A stretch of DNA of 64,000 bases from an uncultured Fibrobacterota bacterium (lineage in GTDB: Bacteria > Fibrobacterota > Fibrobacteria > Fibrobacterales > Fibrobacteraceae), in contig CAIRAY010000147.1 in NCBI GenBank assembly GCA_903876665.1, positions 1-64,000 on the forward strand. Direction: 5' to 3'. Positions 47,373 through 56,679 of this stretch are shown here, in pieces. Positions within the stretch are counted from its first letter, which is position 1. Each line of letters starts with the position of its first letter. A program made the translations under genes and the position numbers. The notes under the pieces are model-generated. The model did no database searches. It was given only the letters and a program-made list of their open reading frames with translations, and was not told the DNA's origin.

Positions 47373-49483
47373 ATTCAATTTCCGCCAAACCCAAATTGGA
47401 ACGACTGGGGATTTTCGCCCTGATCGTAGGTATTCTCCTTGCGCAAAGTTGCAGCCTCCATGACCCCGAGACGACCAGCGGGATCATCGATGAAACCGAG
47501 ACATTTATTACTGGCACCGTGGTGGATCCGGACGGGAAACCTGTCGCGGGAGCTCGGGTGATGCTTCACGGGGACAGCCTGGGGAGTACTTCGGCAAGCC
47601 TCGCGAAGGTAAGCGAACGGAATTCCGAAGGAACGTTGGAAACCCTGTCGGACAAAAACGGCGATTACCGCTTCGCGGGCCATTTCCGTAGCAAGGCCTA
47701 TCTGGAAGTGGACCTGAACGATTCTCTCGGTTTTCTCGACAGCATTGATTTTTCCACCGGGAAAGCTTTTGAGCGGGAGAACGATGTTCTAAAAGGAAAG
47801 GGTAGCCTGACGGTTCAAACCCTCGATTTGGATAGCGGGGCTGTCATTTGGATTCCTCAAATCGGGACTTCGCTTTTCGTTTCTGGCGATGGTAAAAGCC
47901 TAATCATCATGGCTCCTCCTGGAAATCTGACCATAATCATCATTAATGGCAATGATCGCCAACCCCTTCCCCTGCCTGTGGTGATCGAAGAAAAAGAATC
48001 CACCACGGTTGATCCCGCCAAGGAACTTGAACAAACCTCCAGCGCCAACCAAATGACCGATCTGCGTGATGGCAGAAAATACCGTACCGTTGCCATTGGA
48101 AATCAAATTTGGATGGCTGAAAACCTGAATTACGGCATCATGGATACGAGCAAGTCCAAACTCCAGTCCGGGAACCAAAAATACTGCTACCAGAACGATT
48201 CCACAAATTGCAATAACGAGGGTGGCCTTTATCAATGGCACCAAGCCATGAACCTTCCCGGCTCCTGTTCCACGACAGGCTGTAGCGCACAAATTCAGGT
48301 GCCAAGCCACCAAGGCATTTGCCCAGACGGCTGGCAAATGCCCTCTAAGGCGGACTGGGATTTTCTCGGCACAACTTTGGGAGGAGCCTCAACGGCTGGT
48401 TTCTCCATGAAACTCAACACCACAGGGGACGCCTCCTTCGATGCCACCCTCTATAACGATGGAAATAGCTCGGGCTTTTCAGCCTTCCCTGCTGGAATCC
48501 GCTATTTTAACGGAACCTTCGCCTATCACGCAGGCGATGTCCGCTCCAGCGCAACCATCTGGGAAGCCACCGAAGAATCCTCGACCAATTACATGAATGC
48601 TTGGCGACGTGTGGTGAACAACGAAGGCACCGAGCTTGCTCGCCTCTATAATCATGCTAAACAAGATGCATTTTCGGTGCGCTGCCTGAAAACCTTAGTC
48701 GGAACGTCTTCTCAGGCCACGTCGTCTTCGGTCACTCCATCTTCATCCTCGGTGATTCCACCTTCATCTTCGGTCACCACCCCATCCTCGTCCTCACAGC
48801 TTGTCGCATCCTCCTCCTCAACCTTGACAGCCAATACCATGAGGGATTCTCGCGACAATCAAATTTATGCGACGGTTAAAATTGGCACTCAGGTCTGGAT
48901 GGCTGAAAATCTGAATTATGGAACCATGGACACGAGCTCAAGCACGTTACAAAGTGGAGACCAGAAGTCATGTTACCAGAATCTCGAGGCAAATTGCGAT
49001 ACCGAAGGTGGATTATACCAATGGCATCAGGCCATGAACCTTCCCGGCTCTTGCTCCACCACCGGCTGCAGCGCACAAATCAATTTGCCCAACCATCAGG
49101 GCCTCTGCCCAACGGGCTGGCACATGCCCTCCAAAACCGATTGGGATTTGTTGGGAACAACCTTGGGAGGAGCGGCAACGGCGGGGTTCTCGATGAAGCT
49201 CAACAACACCGGCGACGCCTCTTACGATGCCGCGATTTACAATGATGGCAATTCTTCCGGGTTTTCTGCCTTTCCTGCGGGAATCCGCTACTTCAACGGA
49301 ACTTTCGCTTATCACGGTGGCGAGGTTCGTTCGAGCGCAACCATCTGGGAAGCCACCGAAGAATCCTCAACCTATTATATGAATGCTTGGCGACGTGTGG
49401 TGAACAACGAAGGCACCGAGCTTGCTCGCCTGTATAATCACGCCAAACGAGACGCATTCTCGGTTCGGTGCGTCCAGGACTAG
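47369..49483 (+). CDS. Lipoprotein with an N-terminal CarboxypepD_reg-like domain, a Ser-rich linker and two tandem Fibrobacter succinogenes major paralogous domains (TIGR02145-like)
   Basis: Lipobox ILLAQSC, an IDETETFITGTVVDPDGKPVAGARV segment, and two copies of ...IWMAENLNYG...GGLYQWHQAMNLPGSCSTTGCSAQI...AFSVRC(L/V)xx. It overlaps the upstream gene by 4 bp. Confidence 0.8.
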   Translation: MNSISAKPKLERLGIFALIVGILLAQSCSLHDPETTSGIIDETETFITGTVVDPDGKPVAGARVMLHGDSLGSTSASLAKVSERNSEGTLETLSDKNGDYRFAGHFRSKAYLEVDLNDSLGFLDSIDFSTGKAFERENDVLKGKGSLTVQTLDLDSGAVIWIPQIGTSLFVSGDGKSLIIMAPPGNLTIIIINGNDRQPLPLPVVIEEKESTTVDPAKELEQTSSANQMTDLRDGRKYRTVAIGNQIWMAENLNYGIMDTSKSKLQSGNQKYCYQNDSTNCNNEGGLYQWHQAMNLPGSCSTTGCSAQIQVPSHQGICPDGWQMPSKADWDFLGTTLGGASTAGFSMKLNTTGDASFDATLYNDGNSSGFSAFPAGIRYFNGTFAYHAGDVRSSATIWEATEESSTNYMNAWRRVVNNEGTELARLYNHAKQDAFSVRCLKTLVGTSSQATSSSVTPSSSSVIPPSSSVTTPSSSSQLVASSSSTLTANTMRDSRDNQIYATVKIGTQVWMAENLNYGTMDTSSSTLQSGDQKSCYQNLEANCDTEGGLYQWHQAMNLPGSCSTTGCSAQINLPNHQGLCPTGWHMPSKTDWDLLGTTLGGAATAGFSMKLNNTGDASYDAAIYNDGNSSGFSAFPAGIRYFNGTFAYHGGEVRSSATIWEATEESSTYYMNAWRRVVNNEGTELARLYNHAKRDAFSVRCVQD

Positions 49484-49509
49484 GCCCGGATTTTCTATAT
49501 CTTTAGGAT

Positions 49510-50442
49510 ATGTCCGAATCCCTGACGCCATCTCTTAAGCTGTTCCGAATCATCGCCGATGAAACCCGCCTCAAAATCTTGATGATTTTGGAGCGGGCGG
49601 AATTCACTGTGGGTGAGCTGGTCCGGGTTCTCGGAATCCATCAATCCAACACCAGCAGACACTTGCAACAGCTCCGCGAGGGCTCCCTGGTGGACGACCG
49701 GCGCGAAGGGGCCTTGGTGTACTACCGCTGGAGCGAAGCGCTCCGTGCCAGCCAGGATTTCCAGTCCATGTTGAAATCAGCCTGGCTTGAAATCCCGGAC
49801 CGGGAAGCCGTTGAAGGCCACCTGGAGGCTCTTTTAACTCAACGCCGTCAACAATCCCAACAGTTTTTCGACTCCGTGGCTGGCCGGTATTCCAAAATCG
49901 CAGAGCCCGGTGGCGGCACCGAAGCGTTGTTGCGTGGTTTTGGTTCCCTGCTTAACTTTGACCACGCGGTGGACATTGGATCTGGCGAAGGAGATATCAG
50001 TCTCTTTCTGGCCCGGGGTTGCAAAAAAGTCACCGCCATCGATTTGAACCAAAAAATGCTCGATGTGCTTCGGGACCGTTTCCAACGGGAGGGCTTTTCC
50101 CAAATCGAGGTTCGGCAAGGGGACATGGAGCACCTCCCACTCGAAGACAGCTGCGCGGATCTGGCGATTCTTTCCCAAGTTCTCCACCATGCGGCAACCC
50201 CTGAAAAAGCCCTGGAAGAAACCCTGCGCATTCTGAAACCCGGTGGACGCCTGGTTCTCCTGGACCTCCTGGCCCACGATCAGGACTGGGTCCGCGACCG
50301 ACTTGGGGACCAGTGGCTTGGCTTTGAGTTGCAGCGGGTCAAAGGATGGCTTGCCCAACTTGGTTGCCCTCCCGAGCGTGAAGAAGTGATTCATGTGCAG
50401 GACGGGTTGCCGGCCGTCCTCGTTATTGCCCAAAAAAAATGA
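49510..50442 (+). CDS. ArsR-family HTH regulator fused to a SAM-dependent methyltransferase domain
   Basis: N-terminus LFRIIADETRLKILMILERAEFTVGELVRVLGIHQSNTSRHLQQL (ArsR HTH). C-terminus VDIGSGEGDISLFLA...ILKPGGRLVLLD (class I MTase). Confidence 0.8.
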   Translation: MSESLTPSLKLFRIIADETRLKILMILERAEFTVGELVRVLGIHQSNTSRHLQQLREGSLVDDRREGALVYYRWSEALRASQDFQSMLKSAWLEIPDREAVEGHLEALLTQRRQQSQQFFDSVAGRYSKIAEPGGGTEALLRGFGSLLNFDHAVDIGSGEGDISLFLARGCKKVTAIDLNQKMLDVLRDRFQREGFSQIEVRQGDMEHLPLEDSCADLAILSQVLHHAATPEKALEETLRILKPGGRLVLLDLLAHDQDWVRDRLGDQWLGFELQRVKGWLAQLGCPPEREEVIHVQDGLPAVLVIAQKK

Positions 50443-50527
50443 GACACCCCGCCTTTTTCCTTGCAGATACGAAACGGATTCAGTATAATTGAAGGAATCA
50501 ATCATTTTCAGGAAGGCAAGGCCAATT

Positions 50528-50644
50528 ATGGGAAAGTTTATCAAGTACACCGTCATTATCGCGGTCCTCGGCATCTCGGCATACGCACTTTACCACGTAC
50601 TGAAGAGCCGTGGCCAAAGCCAACTGGACGCCAAAGAGGCCTAA
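50528..50644 (+). CDS. Candidate 38-aa single-TM small protein (MGKFIKYTVIIAVLGISAYALYHVLKSRGQSQLDAKEA), below the ORF-track size cutoff
   Basis: ATG preceded by ggaaggcaagg (SD-like). An upstream TTGCAG-17bp-TATAAT lies at about 50461-50489. A strong TM helix is present, and a hairpin follows the stop. Confidence 0.3.
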   Translation: MGKFIKYTVIIAVLGISAYALYHVLKSRGQSQLDAKEA

Positions 50645-50721
50645 ACCCTACCAGGCTTTCCTAAAAAGCCTGGTTCCCAAGGCCATTCTCCTTGGTTAAA
50701 CTTTACTTTTGATTTTTTTTT

Positions 50722-50753
50722 GCCCCGGAGTCATCCGGGGCTTTCTATTTTTG
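50722..50753 (+). terminator. Rho-independent terminator-like hairpin gccccgga-gtca-tccggggc followed by tttctattttt. It lies immediately upstream of the yfhO-like ATG and downstream of the small ORF.
   Basis: 8-bp GC-rich stem, 4-nt loop, T-rich tail. It is preceded by two more hairpins (50651-50673, 9-bp stem; 50677-50695, 6-bp stem). Confidence 0.4.
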
Positions 50754-50758
50754 CATCC

Positions 50759-53263
50759 ATGAAAATGAAAATGAACATTCTCCTTGCCGTGGGTTTCGGA
50801 CTGCTGTTGGTCATTCTTTTCCGTGGGTTTCTTTTTGACTCGTCCTTGCTAATGCTAAACAGCGACCAGCTTAATGGCCTGGGCTCCCATTATCTCCGCA
50901 TCCATGATTTGATCGTCACCCAATGGGACGACTCCCGCCTCGGTGGAATTCCCACCCTCGACGCGCTCTTCGGTGCAGCCCTTCATCCTCTGGTTCTCAC
51001 CCAATGGATCATGGACCCGGCCCGCGCGGTCGGTTTCAAATTTATCCTCTGCGTCTACATTGCGTTCCTTTCCGCCTACGCACTTTTCCGCAAAGTCACT
51101 GGCCGTTGGGAATGGGCCGCCTTGCTCGGATTTCTTTATGCCCTGAACCCCCAGTTCTTTACCCACATTTATGGTGGCCACGATGGAAAAATGATGGTCT
51201 TTTCCGTGGCCCCGCTTGCCGTGCTAGGAATCATCTTGATCATGCGGGAGCGGCGTTTTTCCGGACTCGTTCTTCTCACTCTTTCGGTCCTTTGGATGGT
51301 CGTTTCTTCCCATCTGCAGTTGACCTATTTTTTCCTATGGGGTGCCGGACTTTTTACTCTATACGAGGCATTTCGCATCAAGCTTTCTGCAAAAGAAAGA
51401 ACCATTCGACTGGGACTTGCCGCTGCAGGGCTTGCCTTGGCGCTTGGAATGGGTTCATTCCAAATTATCCCGCCCTACATGTACACCACCCAGCAATCGG
51501 TCCGTGGATCGGGTGAAAAGACCACCATTGGGCACGCGGTCAGCTGGTCCCTGCACCAAGAGGAGCTCGCTTCCATGCTCGTTCCCGGGTTTTTGGGCAT
51601 GGATGTGGAACAAGAAAGAGCATACTGGGGGCACAATTCCTTTAAGCTAAACCATGATGCGGCGGGGACTCTTCTCACCTTCCTGGCCTTCCTGGGGCTA
51701 TTCGTGGCCAGTAACAGGCGAGCCGCAATTTTCTGGTTCCTAGGGTCAACGGTTGCATTGTCCTACGCATTGGGTGCCCACTCTCCCCTCTTTGGACTGT
51801 GGTATGCCATTTTGCCCGGCGTCAAGAATTTCCGCGCACCTTCCATGGCCATATTCTGGATTCCGCTAGCCATGACCATGATGGCCGCACCGGTGTTGGA
51901 CGCCCTGACCGACAAGAAAAAAAGAGAAAAACTGATTCCGGGAATGGCTTTATTTGCATCCCTGGTCGCCATAGTCGTCATTGCCCGATTTACTTGGGAA
52001 TCCATGCTCGGGGTCCCAGGAATTGCAGTCTCCATGGTATTTGGAGCCTGCGTAGTCGCAACTCTGAATTTGCAAGACCGCGGTGAATCCTTCTCCCCTT
52101 CGAATCTGATTAACGCATGGACGAGCGGACTGAAGGGTTCGAACAAAGTCGAAATGGGACTCGTCCTGCTCCCTTTTATTTTCGTTGCCATTGTGATGGC
52201 CTCGGGCCAAAACCTCGTTTCCGACCCTGCAACAGGGCAATACTTTCAACGAATTAACACCCAGCTCATGACCTCCAGTGCCAGTCAGGGCCTCATTTCG
52301 GGAATCATTGTCCTAATTACCGCCTCCGTGGCTTTTTGGGTCGTAGCCTCTCGTCCTCTTTGGCTAGCCGCTGGGATTCTGGTACTGGTCGCATCGGTGG
52401 ATTTATATCTCATTGACAGCCCCTTTATCCAAAATGTCTCCATGAAATCCTACATTCAACCTGACAACCAAATCGTTCAACTTTTGCGTAGCGATTCTCC
52501 CGACAGTCTTCAATTCCCCCGACTTCTTTCGGTCTCCCGAAACCCAGCTCTTTCCGGAAACGTTTTTCCAGCCTATGGAATGCGGAATGCTCTGGGATCC
52601 CACGATAACGAACTGGCGAGTTACCGCGAGTTCCGTGGCGGGCAGGAATCCTCGAATTTTCTGGTAAATGTGGAGAACAACCCCTTCCTGAACTTGCTCA
52701 ATATTGGGTATGTTATTTTTGATACGCCCCAGGGAACCCAGGTCCAGCGCAATCCAGGGGCCCTCCCCTATGTCTCCCTTTATGGGTCCTATAAAATCGT
52801 TCCCCATGATTCGGTCATTCCCTTGCTTAAGCAAGATTGGGATTACCGCCTGGCCATGCTGCTTGAGGTTTCTCCAACAGGCCTTCCCAACGAGGCGAAA
52901 TGGAACGAAACAACCGGACCTCGGAAAATTTCCGGCACAGCCAAGCTCGTCTCTAGCCCCAAAATGGATACCCAGATTTTTGAAGTCAAATCCGACGGCC
53001 CAGCCCTGATGCTGGTCTCAGGCAATTATCACCCCTACTGGAAGGCCTCTATTGACGGCTCCCCTACCCCGGTTATAAAAGCCTTTGGCACCCTGCGTGC
53101 GGTCGTGGTTCCAGCAGGGACACACACGGTGGAAATGAAATATCGTTCCGACATGGTTGCTCTTTCGATGAAAATTGCCGGAATATCCCTCGCACTGTTC
53201 CTCGTTTCCTTTTTGCTGGCTCTGTTTCTGCATTTTCTTCGCAAGCGGGGTACTCCCACCTGA
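50759..53263 (+). CDS. YfhO-like polytopic membrane protein (putative GT-C-type glycosyltransferase for an extracytoplasmic polymer or protein). The track start is TTG at 50720, inside the hairpin; the ATG at 50759 (MKMKMNILLAVGF) is preferred.
   Basis: 835 aa with more than 12 predicted TM helices in the N-terminal two thirds and a large C-terminal extracytoplasmic domain plus a final TM, the architecture of the YfhO family. Confidence 0.55.
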   Translation: MKMKMNILLAVGFGLLLVILFRGFLFDSSLLMLNSDQLNGLGSHYLRIHDLIVTQWDDSRLGGIPTLDALFGAALHPLVLTQWIMDPARAVGFKFILCVYIAFLSAYALFRKVTGRWEWAALLGFLYALNPQFFTHIYGGHDGKMMVFSVAPLAVLGIILIMRERRFSGLVLLTLSVLWMVVSSHLQLTYFFLWGAGLFTLYEAFRIKLSAKERTIRLGLAAAGLALALGMGSFQIIPPYMYTTQQSVRGSGEKTTIGHAVSWSLHQEELASMLVPGFLGMDVEQERAYWGHNSFKLNHDAAGTLLTFLAFLGLFVASNRRAAIFWFLGSTVALSYALGAHSPLFGLWYAILPGVKNFRAPSMAIFWIPLAMTMMAAPVLDALTDKKKREKLIPGMALFASLVAIVVIARFTWESMLGVPGIAVSMVFGACVVATLNLQDRGESFSPSNLINAWTSGLKGSNKVEMGLVLLPFIFVAIVMASGQNLVSDPATGQYFQRINTQLMTSSASQGLISGIIVLITASVAFWVVASRPLWLAAGILVLVASVDLYLIDSPFIQNVSMKSYIQPDNQIVQLLRSDSPDSLQFPRLLSVSRNPALSGNVFPAYGMRNALGSHDNELASYREFRGGQESSNFLVNVENNPFLNLLNIGYVIFDTPQGTQVQRNPGALPYVSLYGSYKIVPHDSVIPLLKQDWDYRLAMLLEVSPTGLPNEAKWNETTGPRKISGTAKLVSSPKMDTQIFEVKSDGPALMLVSGNYHPYWKASIDGSPTPVIKAFGTLRAVVVPAGTHTVEMKYRSDMVALSMKIAGISLALFLVSFLLALFLHFLRKRGTPT

Positions 53264-53338
53264 TCACGCCACATCAAAAAACGTTCTTTTTGGCATAAAT
53301 CATTTTGATATACCCGAATTATTTGCTTAATTTGTTCC

Positions 53339-54184
53339 GTGACGAAATCCGACATTAGCATTTTCAAATTTGTGGATTACCGCGCGTACTTCCGAGAAAG
53401 CTATGCCACCCAGAATCGCTTGGACCGTCGTTTCTCCCATCGATTCCTTTCCGAAAAACTTGGGGACAAATCCCCCTCTTTTTTCCTCAAAGTAATTCAA
53501 GGACAGCGTCGCCTTTCCGATGAGCAGCTCGAGAAAATCGGCAAACTGTTCAATTTAGACCGCGAAGAATTCAGGTATCTTCAAACCATGTACCGCTATG
53601 GAATCGCCAAGGATAATGCCGAGCGGGAATACCACCTGGGGCTCATGGTCGCCATATCCTCCCCTTCCAGGAAGGAACTGGGGAGCGAGGCTTCGGATTT
53701 TTATTCCGAATGGTTCCATTCTGCCGTGCGAGCCATGCTCGGCCTGCTTGACATCGGAGATGACCTTGGCCCTTTAATCCGCCGCATGAAACCTACCATT
53801 TCGATCATACAGGCGCGCCAGTCCCTACAGCTCCTGGAAAGACTTGGCTTGATCGAGAAAAAACCGACTGGCTTTTGGAAACCCAAAGAAAACTCCATTT
53901 TTTTCAAATCCCCAATTCATGACGCCACCATGCGATCCTATCGTTTGAAGTGCCTGGACCTTGCAAAAATGGCCGTATCCGCTCCCCAATCCGCCAATCC
54001 CCCGCAATTTTTTACCACCACCATGACCGTATCCGATGAGGCGATGGCAAAAATCCAGCGCAACCTTGCCAAATTCCGTGCAGAGGTGCGAACCATCGTT
54101 TCCCGGGACAACCTTCCCCAAACTCGCGTTCTCCAGCTACAAGACGTCCTCCTTTCCCTCTCGGACGATCTGGGCACAACCTAG
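53339..54184 (+). CDS. Fibrobacter paralogous-family protein (TIGR02147-like), a putative HTH regulator, paralog 2
   Basis: See paralog 1. MTKSDISIFKFVDYRAYFRESY...LDRRFSHRFLSEKLGDKSPSF. Confidence 0.8.
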   Translation: MTKSDISIFKFVDYRAYFRESYATQNRLDRRFSHRFLSEKLGDKSPSFFLKVIQGQRRLSDEQLEKIGKLFNLDREEFRYLQTMYRYGIAKDNAEREYHLGLMVAISSPSRKELGSEASDFYSEWFHSAVRAMLGLLDIGDDLGPLIRRMKPTISIIQARQSLQLLERLGLIEKKPTGFWKPKENSIFFKSPIHDATMRSYRLKCLDLAKMAVSAPQSANPPQFFTTTMTVSDEAMAKIQRNLAKFRAEVRTIVSRDNLPQTRVLQLQDVLLSLSDDLGTT

Positions 54185-54192
54185 GCAACAAA

Positions 54193-55407
54193 ATGACAAC
54201 CCACTTCAAACTTTTTCTCTCACTAGCCGTAACCTTTTCCATTTTTGCATGCTCGCAAAAAAAAGAGGTCGCCGGAGGGTATATCGATGAAACCGAAACG
54301 GCTCTTTCGGGTCGCCTGATTGGCCCCCACGGTGAGCCCATCGCCTTCCAAAAAGTTACCGTATTCAAAGACTTCCGTTCCGGAATCGGAACCCTCTTTG
54401 ATTCTGTGGGCATATCCACCACCACGGACAAAGATGGCCACTTCCAACTTGAAACCCTGAGCCCTGGCCAATGGTTCCTCAGTGCCATCACCGCAGATTC
54501 CCTGGGAATCATGCAACCAATCCAGCTAGATTTGCAGGATAACCGCCTTGACACCTTGTCGCCACTGGGGATCCTGGTCATCAAATCCATTCCGGGCAGC
54601 TTAAGCCAAAAGTTCTTCATCCCCCAGCTGGGACGAATTATCGACCTAGAAAATCTAGATTCTGTGTGTCTTCCGATTCCCGCAGGGTCCTATGAACTGT
54701 TCCCGATGGAAAACCAGACACCCATTATCGCAGACAGCCTACCCTCGATCACCGTACTTTCCGGGCAAATGGCCTCCATCCAGCTTGAAGCCCCTCCCAT
54801 CCTATTATGGAGCGCCCTCGCCAATTGGACATTCCAGAATGCCTTGGCCCCTTGGTCGGACACAAGTGGCTTCAACCATGGCGCCAATGTTGAATTTGGA
54901 GCCCCCATCCGATCCGTGCAGGGAGAGCTGGTCCTCGATGGGCAATCGGGTTTGCGTATCGCATTGACATCCGCCCTTGCCCCCGTAGACTTTATGGTGC
55001 GTGGGTCCCTTCAATCCGCCGTTTCACCTGTGCCCGTTCAGAATTTGATCTGTTCCGAGAGCGCTCTGCCCGAGTCCGATTCCTGGTGCCTCCGCCTCCG
55101 TAATCAAGATTCCCTGGTTTTTTATTTCCGCGATGGACAAACCAGCGAGGATTCCCTCGTTGCCTTTTTGGAGCCAGAAGTCTTGCAAGAATTCCGCGCA
55201 GAGGTTTATCATGGCACAGCCCGCCTTTGGGTGGCAGGAATCCTTCTCACAAGCAAAAACACGCTGGCTATGGACTTCTCGGACCTTTCCGAAGATTTCA
55301 CTTTCGGCTATAGGTCCGCGAGCCCTGCCTCGGATCGACTCTTTTCTGGGATTATCGATTATCTCAGTATCAACGGGATTACCCCACCGATTGAATCCAA
55401 CAACTGA
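54193..55407 (+). CDS. Lipoprotein with a CarboxypepD_reg-like N-terminal domain and a C-terminal LamG/concanavalin-like domain
   Basis: Lipobox SIFAC, a GYIDETETALSGRLIGPHGEPIA segment (shared with the 47369 lipoprotein), and a C-terminal ...FSGIIDYLSINGI typical of Laminin_G_3. Confidence 0.6.
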   Translation: MTTHFKLFLSLAVTFSIFACSQKKEVAGGYIDETETALSGRLIGPHGEPIAFQKVTVFKDFRSGIGTLFDSVGISTTTDKDGHFQLETLSPGQWFLSAITADSLGIMQPIQLDLQDNRLDTLSPLGILVIKSIPGSLSQKFFIPQLGRIIDLENLDSVCLPIPAGSYELFPMENQTPIIADSLPSITVLSGQMASIQLEAPPILLWSALANWTFQNALAPWSDTSGFNHGANVEFGAPIRSVQGELVLDGQSGLRIALTSALAPVDFMVRGSLQSAVSPVPVQNLICSESALPESDSWCLRLRNQDSLVFYFRDGQTSEDSLVAFLEPEVLQEFRAEVYHGTARLWVAGILLTSKNTLAMDFSDLSEDFTFGYRSASPASDRLFSGIIDYLSINGITPPIESNN

Positions 55408-55430
55408 TCCTATATTGTTAAATTGAATCC

Positions 55431-56630
55431 ATGAATTTTTCGGTCTTTTGTTCGTTTGATGTGGATACGGCCAGTTTCCGCCAGATGCATGGACATTCCA
55501 TGGGTCTTGCCAAACTCGGCCACCAGGTGCACCTTGTGGTTCATCCCTTCAAATACCACCCCGAACGATCCTCGGCGCATCGCCAAATTACAGATAAATT
55601 GAGTCACGATATAGAACGGGTGAAAATCTCTTTGGTTTACTCTTGGGTATTCCGCGCATCCCTGCCTTGGCTAGGCCTTTTCCCCTACCTGTTTTGCTCT
55701 CTGCCAAATATTCTTTGGAAGCTTCTGCGGTCTGATTTTGTGATCATTTACAAGCCACTTCCCCTTTCCACATTCTATGCATGGATCCTAAAACGCCTGC
55801 TCCGCAAAAAGGGACTGGTTCTCCTCCTGGATGATTGGGAAGGGGTCGGAGGTTTTGCAAACACCCGTAGCGCAAACAGCGTTATCAAAAAGACCTTGCT
55901 CACCTTCTGCGAAGAATACACCCCTGCCCTGGTGGACTCCATCCAGTCCACCTCCAAAGTGCTCCATGAGCGCATGCAGCTTTCCAAATATTCCCTAGGG
56001 AAATCCATTTATTTGTCACATGGATGCCAATCCTTGGTTCTGCCCGATTTTCCAGCCCATTCTCCAGCCATTCATGTGGTATACGCAGGGTCCTACAAAA
56101 GCAGCTACCTCGTTCAATTCCTGGCTTCCGTTGTTTTGGCGACCTGTTCGCGGACAACCAACATCCATTTCACCTTTATTGGAGCCGGCAAGCGCTTGGA
56201 TTTATTCAAGGATCTCGTTTCTCAATTTGAACCCACGATCCAGTCCCATGTCCGCCTGACAGGGTATATCTCCGAGGAAGACAAGATCGCATGCCTTTCT
56301 CAGGCCCAGATCGCCTTACTGTATTTAAATGACCAGTATCCCGAGACCTTGATTGATCTTAGCCGATCGAGTACCAAACTATTTGAATACCTCTCCGCGG
56401 GCCGAGTGGTCATTGCTTCTGATTTTGGCGAACCCCGCCAAATCCTGGCCGAAGGCGAAACCGGGTACCTCTGCAATAATGACCCCATTCATTTCGCAGA
56501 AAAAATAATCGCGGTATCCTCAAGCCCCGAAAAAATGCAGGCTGTATCCCGCCAGGCAAAGCAGCTCTTTGAGACAAGCTTTACCTACCCTATTTTGATG
56601 GGTAAACTTATTCCTTTTCTACAACGGTAG
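55431..56630 (+). CDS. Glycosyltransferase family 4 (GT-B, retaining)
   Basis: C-terminal EX7E-like region LFEYLSAGRVVIASDFGEPRQILAEGETGYL, and an N-terminal Rossmann GT4 pattern. Confidence 0.8.
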   Translation: MNFSVFCSFDVDTASFRQMHGHSMGLAKLGHQVHLVVHPFKYHPERSSAHRQITDKLSHDIERVKISLVYSWVFRASLPWLGLFPYLFCSLPNILWKLLRSDFVIIYKPLPLSTFYAWILKRLLRKKGLVLLLDDWEGVGGFANTRSANSVIKKTLLTFCEEYTPALVDSIQSTSKVLHERMQLSKYSLGKSIYLSHGCQSLVLPDFPAHSPAIHVVYAGSYKSSYLVQFLASVVLATCSRTTNIHFTFIGAGKRLDLFKDLVSQFEPTIQSHVRLTGYISEEDKIACLSQAQIALLYLNDQYPETLIDLSRSSTKLFEYLSAGRVVIASDFGEPRQILAEGETGYLCNNDPIHFAEKIIAVSSSPEKMQAVSRQAKQLFETSFTYPILMGKLIPFLQR

Positions 56631-56679
56631 CCTCTGAAGGTCAAAATGCAAATGATGTATATTTTGGCCTCAGCAAAAT

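Noticed and set aside
49484-49509. Possible operator palindrome (atatc-tttag-gatat) upstream of the ArsR-methyltransferase fusion
   Set aside because: Only a 5-bp-arm inverted repeat, too weak to call. It is mentioned only for follow-up alongside the much stronger 14-bp palindrome at the first arsR.
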